NCBI GenBank assembly: GCA_048938295.1
Contig: JBHLMI010000058.1
Location: forward strand, 1-5,160
Direction: 5' to 3'
Length of the DNA: 5,160 bases
DNA from: Promethearchaeota archaeon
Lineage (GTDB): Archaea; Asgardarchaeota; Hermodarchaeia; Hermodarchaeales; Hermodarchaeaceae
Under the pieces are notes generated by a model. The model saw only the letters and a program-made list of their open reading frames with translations, made no database searches and was not told the origin of the DNA. Shown one piece after another: positions 1-5,160 of this stretch (the stretch's first letter is position 1; the number at the start of each line of letters is the position of its first letter). A program made the translations under genes and the position numbers.

Positions 1-873
1 ATTGGTTCTGCACGCAAACTGGGAAATTGCGAAGTCTTGGTTAAAGAGGCGTTATTGCAGGCTAAAAAGGAAGGCGCAGAGGTGCAAGCCCTCCGATTAT
101 CCGATTTTCACCTGCTCCCTTGTAAAGGATGCCTTGCTTGTGTACTGAAAGGCGAACCCTGTCGGTTGGATGACGACATGCACAGTTTATGGGCACATTT
201 CCAATGGGCTGATGCGATCATCCTCTCTGCTCCCACATATTTCCTTGGTCCTGCAGGAATAATTAAGCTCCTTATCGACCGACTCTTCGAATATAGCCTA
301 CAAATCGGTCAGATGACACCTCGACCTGGAGCCATTATCGCCACGGCTGGGCTTCAAGACTGGGATCCTTTCACCTTGCCAATGCTTTCAATGCTTGCAG
401 GAATATTACGACTTCATCCTGTTGACCGCTTTGTTGCCTATCGACCAGGTCCAGGAGAAGTGCTCCTTGATGAAGCAACTGTGAAGCGTACTCAGGAAAT
501 CGGTACAGCGCTTGTTCGCCAAATCCACCAACCAACGCAAACGCCTGCATTAGCCATTCCGGAATATGCTTGCCCACAATGTGGAACGATATTCTTTCAG
601 TTTCGAGAACCCAATAAAGTCGAATGCCAACTCTGTCAAGCCCATGGTGAAATTACTCAGAAAGATAATTCGATTAAAATTAGATGGGCTAGTAATAAGG
701 GACCGCATCGTTGGAGTCCAGAAGCGATGGCAGAGCATTTCTCCCAATGGGTGCTTCGTACAGGTCCAGTGTATCAACAACTCAGAGCTGAGATCCTGCA
801 ACGAATCCAAAAATACCGGGATTTTCCTATTATTGAAAAGCCAACTGAGGAAAAGTCATCATCACATTTTTGA
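1..873 (+). CDS. Iron-sulfur flavoprotein / NADPH-dependent FMN reductase (flavodoxin-like) family protein with C-terminal CxxC-x14-CxxC module; 5' end lies upstream of the window
   Basis: Frame 1 is open from base 1 and reads IGSARKLGNCEVLVKEALL, the GS(P)R-x-GN(T/C) FMN-phosphate loop, so the ORF-track start at 37 (TTG) is internal. CKGCLAC-x6-C at 121-162 is the compact Isf 4Fe-4S motif, followed by DDM and ADAIILSAPTYF...IKLLIDR. CPQC-x14-CQLC lies at 571-636. Stop TGA at 871-873. Confidence 0.88.
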   Translation: MGSARKLGNCEVLVKEALLQAKKEGAEVQALRLSDFHLLPCKGCLACVLKGEPCRLDDDMHSLWAHFQWADAIILSAPTYFLGPAGIIKLLIDRLFEYSLQIGQMTPRPGAIIATAGLQDWDPFTLPMLSMLAGILRLHPVDRFVAYRPGPGEVLLDEATVKRTQEIGTALVRQIHQPTQTPALAIPEYACPQCGTIFFQFREPNKVECQLCQAHGEITQKDNSIKIRWASNKGPHRWSPEAMAEHFSQWVLRTGPVYQQLRAEILQRIQKYRDFPIIEKPTEEKSSSHF

Positions 874-880
874 AACTAGT

Positions 881-897
881 CGTTTCGGGAAAAAACG
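881..897 (-). terminator. Possible terminator in the convergent gap (T6 tract on the - strand; short CGTTT/AAACG inverted repeat)
   Basis: A6 at 890-895 reads TTTTTT on the - strand ~30 nt after the stop of the 58-aa gene. CGTTT (881-885) can pair with AAACG (893-897). Archaeal oligo-U termination is established, but this signal is short. Confidence 0.35.
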
Positions 898-925
898 GGA
901 GGGATTCAACGTCGTAATAGAGCAA

Positions 926-1102
926 TTATTCCTCTTCTTCGAGTTTTCCTTCTGCTCTGAGTCTTTCGAGGAGGGCTTTCTCAGCAGATAAGTCAAATTC
1001 TTTGGGTTTGACTGTTGGGGCGTGTTCAAGACTTGCACCTTTCTTGATTTCGCGTTTAAGCTCCTCACTCAGAGAGTCTGTTTTACTCTCTTCTTCACTC
1101 AT
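926..1102 (-). CDS. 58-aa charged peptide with actobindin/WH2 (beta-thymosin-like) actin-binding motif
   Basis: ATG at 1102 is preceded by a perfect archaeal SD, GAGGTGA (1108-1114), with a 5-nt spacer. The ORF-track GTG at 1111 is part of that SD. Translation: MSEEESKTDSLSEELKREIKKGASLEHAPTVKPKEFDLSAEKALLERLRAEGKLEEEE, stop TAA 926-928. Residues 14-31 match the WH2 layout of an amphipathic helix (L..EI..G) followed by an LKKT-like motif (LEHA). The gene itself is well supported; the function is inferred. Confidence 0.7.
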   Translation of the reverse strand: MSEEESKTDSLSEELKREIKKGASLEHAPTVKPKEFDLSAEKALLERLRAEGKLEEEE

Positions 1103-1107
1103 ATCAA

Positions 1108-1114
1108 TCACCTC
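1108..1114 (-). promoter_or_regulatory. Shine-Dalgarno site GAGGTGA for the 58-aa peptide
   Basis: The - strand reads GAGGTGA-TTGAT-ATG, complementary to the archaeal 16S 3' end (UCACCUC). Confidence 0.85.
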
Positions 1115-1190
1115 AATTGGTCAGGATGTCCTGCGGCCTCGTTTTCGTTTGATAATAGGAACGCTTCACTATTTCACAGAGTGTCGTTTA

Positions 1191-1511
1191 CTATTTGTCG
1201 ACGACGCTGCCAACTTTAACAGTGCTGTAGCTGACTCGTGGACTTTGTTTAAGTCGATCTGGAAGTGCAGTGCCTTTTTCATCGACAACAAGTTCGTAGC
1301 CTTGTCCGACGCGTTCGCCAGTTGATAGTAGATATCCACTCCGCGCAACAGTGTCAGCCAATCGTAATGCGGTGCGTCGTTCAATGAGGCTGGTGCCTTG
1401 AGGCATGATCATGCGGATTTTCTTGCCAGTCTTATCTATTTCACAGCGGATGCCACTGGAGTCTGGTTTTGATTCGACAAAAGATCCATCTTGGTATTCA
1501 AGTACAATCAC
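1191..1511 (-). CDS. 106-aa protein, probable single gelsolin-fold domain (Asgard ProGel-like actin regulator)
   Basis: GTG at 1511 follows AAGGTGA (1517-1523) with a 5-nt spacer, so the ORF-track start at 1520 lies inside the SD. It ends in tandem stops TAG-TAA (1193-1188). The order of elements matches a gelsolin repeat: N-terminal hairpin (VLEYQDGSFVES), S-x-x-hydrophobic strand-D (DSSGIRCEID), second strand then G-x-S (KIRMIMPQGTS), long helix with ER..A...A..V (LIERRTALRLADTVARSG), final strand (YELVVDEKG) and short helix (LPDRL). The usual W-x-G Trp is missing. Confidence 0.55.
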   Translation of the reverse strand: MIVLEYQDGSFVESKPDSSGIRCEIDKTGKKIRMIMPQGTSLIERRTALRLADTVARSGYLLSTGERVGQGYELVVDEKGTALPDRLKQSPRVSYSTVKVGSVVDK

Positions 1512-1516
1512 AGCGT

Positions 1517-1523
1517 TCACCTT
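1517..1523 (-). promoter_or_regulatory. Shine-Dalgarno site AAGGTGA for the gelsolin-like gene
   Basis: The - strand reads AAGGTGA-ACGCT-GTG, the same 5-nt spacing as the downstream peptide gene. Confidence 0.7.
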
Positions 1524-1600
1524 ACGCAGAGAAGCGTTATACAGAGTGGTCTATTCCCCTGCTTCACACCGTCTCTGTCTTAAAGAAAACTCAGTGTCGA

Positions 1601-1620
1601 TTTTTAAAAAGGTTTTGTGA
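1601..1620 (-). promoter_or_regulatory. Putative archaeal BRE + TATA promoter upstream of the gelsolin-like gene
   Basis: The - strand reads TCACAAAACC-TTTTTAAAAA, a purine-rich BRE-like run directly before a TTTTTAAA box. It sits in the 199-nt intergenic gap, ~90 nt upstream of the start at 1511. Confidence 0.55.
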
Positions 1621-1710
1621 CCTGGATTCGGTATTGAGCAGATTTTGCGTAATAGCCAATGATTGGAAAGTCTCCGCTTGGGATAAGCTTGCGGCTACGA
1701 ATGATGTTAG

Positions 1711-3630
1711 CTAGTAGCGTTCATACACCTTATACAACAGGATTAGTACAACGCCTATGATGCCAATCGCAGCGATAATCAGGAGTGTATTGGCAGGCCC
1801 TAATGTAGGTATCGTTCCCTGAACTTGATAGGCAAGATTCGCAGAGGTACGAATATTGTCGAAAACATCTGTGGCTTCGATGAAGTAAATAACAGATCTG
1901 AAATCACCGCTGAGTAATTGCTGTGGATATCTAGGTAGAACTACTTGGTATACATTATCTCCAATACTGGTCATATCAAGACTCAGCCATACAATCCCAT
2001 CATACGAATACTGGAGAGTGACTGTCTGTATTCCAGTCCCGTCTGTGACGGTCGCATTGATCGTAACGAAATCAACATCTTTTGGAGCTACGGGAAGTTG
2101 GGTAATAAAGGAAATTACAGGTAGTGTATTTGCCACGGTGTATTGACTTGTTGTATTGGCCCACATATTCTGAGTATCGTTCGCATAGATACGATATTCG
2201 ACAACGTGACGTTCAGGGAAAGGAGGAATGAACGCAGTGAAATTTGCTTGCCGCCCTGCTGACCCGAACATAGTCACGTTGATCCAAGTTGAACCATTAT
2301 AATAGCTTAAAATCGCAGTATCGATAAGGGCGTCATCTGAAATCTCTCCTGTCACAATAACCCATTCGGTATCATCCGGTGAACTTGGATTGACGGTAAC
2401 CCCGTCAATGGATGGTGGATCAAAATCGATGATGAATCGATCTGAGAATGGGCTGGTATTATTGACTTCTGGGCGTCCGCTGCGTGCAGGAGAAATGAAG
2501 AAGGCTGTAACATTGTACGCGTCACCTACTGTAAGATTCCCTTGTTCAACATAGAAGCTGATATTGAGAGGAGCGAAGTACCAATTTGACCCTGTGAGGT
2601 TATAGTTTAGGGTTCCGTTGAGGATGATTGCAGAGGAACCAGAAGCTAGCCAGATGCTGAAATTCGAAAGAGAAACCTCTGTCCCGTTTAGATAGCCAAA
2701 GATGGAGTGCCATACCCAATCAACGGTAATGTTTAGGGTCTGCACATCACGTCCCACATAGATGATAGTCGGTTTAGCAACTCGCAGATACGGACCTTGG
2801 AAAGTAAAAGCGTCAGATACTGGGCTTAATCCCTGATGATATGGGGGGACTAATGAATAGTTGGCGTCACAAATGATTTCGTAGGACTCTCCCGAAGTAA
2901 GAATGGAGATGTTTAATGCCTCGACTTCCCAGTCCGTTGAGGATATATTATAGGTTAAGACATTATAGAAGCTATGTGAATCAGAGCCGTTGTTTATGTT
3001 TTTAAAGATGAGACTAGCATTCGCTTGGGTAAGAGTTCCCCAAATCGAACTTGTAATATGCCCAATTGAGACAGATATTTCGTCTGAAGTGTCACCAGGG
3101 TAAGAATAGTCCGCTTGAGCAATCGTAAGTAGATGGCGGTATTGGAAGGCCACAGAAAACTCAGTGGTAACCGTCCATATTTCAGTACCTGTATCGCGTT
3201 CAAAGTAACAACGTACTTTGTAAAACTGACCAGGTACTAGACCTGTGGGGAGCAGTTCATAATCTTCAACAATCCACCCACTCCCCGAGACGTATTGGAG
3301 ATTATCCTCGAAAATGAGGCCTTCATCTGTGCTGTTGTAAACTCCAAATGTATGGACAGTCAAATCTCCATCCTTGCATTCACCAATATCCGAGGCGTTC
3401 ACAAGTGTCACAAGAACACCAAGATGAGATGAGTTCCCCTCAGGATTTGCTGGCGTATATGGCTCATAAGCAACCAACGGAGTCGTGGCATTCAGGTCAT
3501 TGGGACCAGGAGTAGGGATATCAGCACGGACGACTGCAGGCGCTTGAGGTGAGTACCCGAAAAGTGGGGGGAATAATGTTAGTGTTAGCAAGACAATGAG
3601 TAGCGAATAACCTAGGATTTGACGACGCAC
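1711..3630 (-). CDS. Secreted, C-terminally membrane-anchored cell-surface (glyco)protein with tandem beta-rich Ig-like repeats
   Basis: GTG at 3630 follows the SD GAGGGTGA (3637-3644). N-terminal signal-like segment MRRQILGYSLLIVLLTLTLFPPLFG. Three ~115-aa repeats (aa ~49-401) and two ~100-aa repeats (aa ~402-604). TM helix LLIIAAIGIIGVVLILLY near aa 616-633, with the tail KVYERY. 25 N-x-S/T sequons counted by hand. No catalytic motif recognised. Confidence 0.85.
   Translation of the reverse strand: MRRQILGYSLLIVLLTLTLFPPLFGYSPQAPAVVRADIPTPGPNDLNATTPLVAYEPYTPANPEGNSSHLGVLVTLVNASDIGECKDGDLTVHTFGVYNSTDEGLIFEDNLQYVSGSGWIVEDYELLPTGLVPGQFYKVRCYFERDTGTEIWTVTTEFSVAFQYRHLLTIAQADYSYPGDTSDEISVSIGHITSSIWGTLTQANASLIFKNINNGSDSHSFYNVLTYNISSTDWEVEALNISILTSGESYEIICDANYSLVPPYHQGLSPVSDAFTFQGPYLRVAKPTIIYVGRDVQTLNITVDWVWHSIFGYLNGTEVSLSNFSIWLASGSSAIILNGTLNYNLTGSNWYFAPLNISFYVEQGNLTVGDAYNVTAFFISPARSGRPEVNNTSPFSDRFIIDFDPPSIDGVTVNPSSPDDTEWVIVTGEISDDALIDTAILSYYNGSTWINVTMFGSAGRQANFTAFIPPFPERHVVEYRIYANDTQNMWANTTSQYTVANTLPVISFITQLPVAPKDVDFVTINATVTDGTGIQTVTLQYSYDGIVWLSLDMTSIGDNVYQVVLPRYPQQLLSGDFRSVIYFIEATDVFDNIRTSANLAYQVQGTIPTLGPANTLLIIAAIGIIGVVLILLYKVYERY
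1819..2427 (-). repeat. Two Ig/FnIII-like protein-level repeats (type B, ~100 aa)
   Basis: DPPSIDGVTVNPSSPDDTEWVIVTGEISDDALIDTAILSYYNGSTWINVTM aligns with TLPVISFITQLPVAPKDVDFVTINATVTDGTGIQTVTLQYSYDGIVWLSLDM. The repeats end in YRIYANDTQN and YFIEATDVFDN. Confidence 0.8.
2428..3486 (-). repeat. Three degenerate protein-level repeats (type A, ~115-125 aa)
   Basis: Shared L-x-Y-x5/6-W ... L-x-x-G-x-x-Y-x-[VI] pattern: NLQYVSGSGW..LVPGQFYKV, VLTYNISSTDW..LTSGESYEI, TLNYNLTGSNW..LTVGDAYNV. Repeats 2 and 3 also share SIWGTL/SIFGYL, LNIS/LNIS and SPVSDAF/SPFSDRF. Boundaries are approximate. Confidence 0.7.
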
Positions 3631-3636
3631 AATCTG

Positions 3637-3644
3637 TCACCCTC
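3637..3644 (-). promoter_or_regulatory. Shine-Dalgarno site GAGGGTGA for the surface protein
   Basis: The - strand reads GAGGGTGA-CAGATT-GTG. Confidence 0.7.
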
Positions 3645-3735
3645 AAAGAGGATAGAAGGTCAAAGCCGAGGTGATTCCTAAAAAGATTGCGGTAACGCAC
3701 AACATTGAATATGATTCGAGAATAACGAAAACCAG

Positions 3736-4365
3736 TTACATGTCCTGAGACAAGGATTGCAGATGGGCTGTATTATTAATGAAGCCAACGGTTCTCTGCT
3801 GCCAATCATTTGTGCTCAGGTGAGTAATACTGCAAAACGCAGTATCAAAGGCTATCTTGCGTCGCATTTCAAGAGGTTGTTCCAGCCACCATTGAATACA
3901 CTCTTCTAGTACATTAGCATGGGTAACAATCATAACTGTCCCTGACTCCTGTGCATGAATCTTCTCCAGGAACGGAACTACCCGATGGTGAAGCATCCGC
4001 CAACTTTCCCCCTTAGGAAACGGAACCCAATCTAACAAGGGTTCGGTCTTCTCCAATTCCAGCTTACGTGCTTCTTCCAGTGGCATATTGACTGCGATTC
4101 CCCAATTAATATCCCGTAATGCTTTTTCGACTATCGGAGGTACCTCAAGGATTGACCCAATAATTAGAGCTGTTTCACTTGCCCGTAATAAATCACTGGA
4201 AAAAAGTGCAATTGTTGCATTCCCTAGCAAATCCTTAAGGTGTTTCCCTGTGAGTTTTGCTTGCCGCCGCCCTAAGGGTGTTAATGGCGTATCTGTCCAA
4301 CCGCCTGTCCATCCTTTCACATTATGTTCAGCTTCGCCATGCCTTACAAGGATGAGGTCTCGCAT
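3736..4365 (-). CDS. Histidine phosphatase superfamily (phosphoglycerate mutase-like) protein, 209 aa
   Basis: ATG at 4365 follows the SD GGGTGA (4370-4375), giving MRDLILVRHGEAEHN. Motifs: RHG catalytic motif, GWTDTPLTPLGRRQA, SSDLLRASETA, PKGESW, VTHANV. Substrate cannot be assigned, so no symbol is given. Confidence 0.92.
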   Translation of the reverse strand: MRDLILVRHGEAEHNVKGWTGGWTDTPLTPLGRRQAKLTGKHLKDLLGNATIALFSSDLLRASETALIIGSILEVPPIVEKALRDINWGIAVNMPLEEARKLELEKTEPLLDWVPFPKGESWRMLHHRVVPFLEKIHAQESGTVMIVTHANVLEECIQWWLEQPLEMRRKIAFDTAFCSITHLSTNDWQQRTVGFINNTAHLQSLSQDM

Positions 4366-4369
4366 AATT

Positions 4370-4375
4370 TCACCC
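4370..4375 (-). promoter_or_regulatory. Shine-Dalgarno site GGGTGA for the histidine phosphatase
   Basis: The - strand reads GGGTGA-AATT-ATG. Confidence 0.7.
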
Positions 4376-4400
4376 GCAAGGAGCACATGATCGGTTACGG

Positions 4401-5159
4401 TTAGATTATGACACTTTCGATTTCGACTTTCCGATGAGTGAGACCCAGTGAACCTGAAGGAATGGTTCGACCCCCGAAAAGGTGGGCATCCTTTTCGCCT
4501 CTGTAGAGGGCATCGGCCATTCGGGCAATGGCATCAGCCTTCATGATTCCAGAACCACTTGCACCAGTTACCACGATAACCCCTGAATGTTCATAAACAA
4601 GAGGAATTGCATCTACCGAGTACGTGTAAGCGCCAGCCCACATGTTTGTTGGTCGGATATTCGCAAAAGCAGGGAAGTACTTGATGAGGACAGGGTACAT
4701 GCTTTGTTCATAATAAGCACGTTCGGCGTTATAGTCATCATCATCCATATTGTACTTGTAGGCTCGACCAATCTTGTCGCCACAACCAATCCAGAAGGAT
4801 TTCTCTTCGGGTACCCCGCGGAAGTAAACCCCACCGGAAGGAAGTATAGTGAAAGGAATGAAGCCAGCATCACTGAATTCCGTTGTAAAGAGCAATTCCT
4901 CAAGCTGAGGATGATCACTGGCTGCAACGATGAATAGTTGGCGTTTCTTGGCTTTTACATAACTTGGAATACCAACTGGATCCAACAGAGCGTTCGTCCA
5001 AGGACCCACAGCAAGCACGACTTTATCTGCATGAAAAGTGCCTTCCGAAGACTGAATGCCAATGACCTGTTTATCCTGCCACGCGAGGGGCTCACCTGGA
5101 AGGCCTAGCGGTTGTGTTGCTTCTAGGAGTAGCTTATTCACCGTATGGTTGAAGCGTGG
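4401..5159 (-). CDS. FAD-dependent oxidoreductase, DAO / sarcosine oxidase beta-like family; 5' end lies beyond the window
   Basis: The frame stays open past the ORF-track start at 5141 to the window edge (PRFNHTVNKLLL...). Motifs: ADKVVLAVGPWT, WAGAYTYSVDAIPLV and the C-terminal FAD-binding VVTGASGSGIMKADAIAR. Stop TAA at 4401-4403, 35 nt before the phosphatase start, so the two are probably co-transcribed. Confidence 0.88.
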   Translation of the reverse strand, partial: PRFNHTVNKLLLEATQPLGLPGEPLAWQDKQVIGIQSSEGTFHADKVVLAVGPWTNALLDPVGIPSYVKAKKRQLFIVAASDHPQLEELLFTTEFSDAGFIPFTILPSGGVYFRGVPEEKSFWIGCGDKIGRAYKYNMDDDDYNAERAYYEQSMYPVLIKYFPAFANIRPTNMWAGAYTYSVDAIPLVYEHSGVIVVTGASGSGIMKADAIARMADALYRGEKDAHLFGGRTIPSGSLGLTHRKVEIESVII

Positions 5160-5160
5160 T

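Noticed and set aside
371-991. ORF-track entries 371..577 (-), 550..810 (-) and 566..991 (+)
   Set aside because: They overlap the well-supported flavoprotein gene antisense or out of frame, with no SD and no recognisable motifs.
1672-1694. Weak inverted repeat (CCGCTT-GGGAT-AAGC...GCGG) after the surface-protein stop
   Set aside because: The stems are only 4-6 bp with no adjoining U-tract, which is too weak to call a terminator or structured RNA.
862-1714. ORF-track entries 862..1068, 1002..1325, 1022..1219, 1169..1384, 1405..1620 and 1469..1714
   Set aside because: They are shadow frames of the two SD-supported small genes and the intergenic gaps. Their Phe/Leu/Ser-rich composition is what the antisense of Glu/Lys-rich genes produces.
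1711-1810. Possible archaeosortase (PGF-CTERM-like) sorting signal at the surface protein C-terminus
   Set aside because: There is no PGF tripeptide before the TM helix and no basic cluster after it, so a plain TM anchor is the simpler reading.
3668-3674. Perfect GAGGTGA SD-like sequence on the + strand in the 3631-3735 gap
   Set aside because: No start codon lies at a suitable spacing. The only nearby GTG is within the motif and opens ~25 codons running antisense into the phosphatase stop, so it is probably chance.
2994-4937. ORF-track entries 2994..3203, 4088..4390, 4587..4937 and 4613..4927
   Set aside because: They are nested in or antisense to longer genes with clear family motifs.
1-5160. 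CRISPR arrays, tRNA/rRNA, transposases or nucleotide-level tandem repeats
   Set aside because: None seen. The window is almost fully coding, and the surface-protein repeats are visible only at the protein level.

Overview
This window looks archaeal: ~46% GC by eye, and four genes have GGTGA-type Shine-Dalgarno sites 4-6 nt before the start. It is probably from an Asgard archaeon, an inference from the protein content. One + strand gene (5'-truncated iron-sulfur flavoprotein/flavodoxin-family protein with a C-terminal CxxC-CxxC module) converges on five - strand genes. In transcription order these are a 5'-truncated DAO-family FAD oxidoreductase, a histidine phosphatase, a 639-aa sequon-rich surface protein with Ig-like repeats and a C-terminal membrane anchor, a 106-aa protein resembling a single gelsolin-fold domain (ProGel-like), and a 58-aa charged peptide. 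The highlight is the last pair. The peptide carries an actobindin/WH2/beta-thymosin-like motif (ELKREIKKGASLEHAPTV) plus a second WH2-like helix, and it lies 88 nt downstream of the gelsolin-like gene. Together they are a candidate two-gene actin-regulating cassette with a stand-alone WH2 peptide in a prokaryote. All homology calls are by eye and from recalled motifs; no searches were run.
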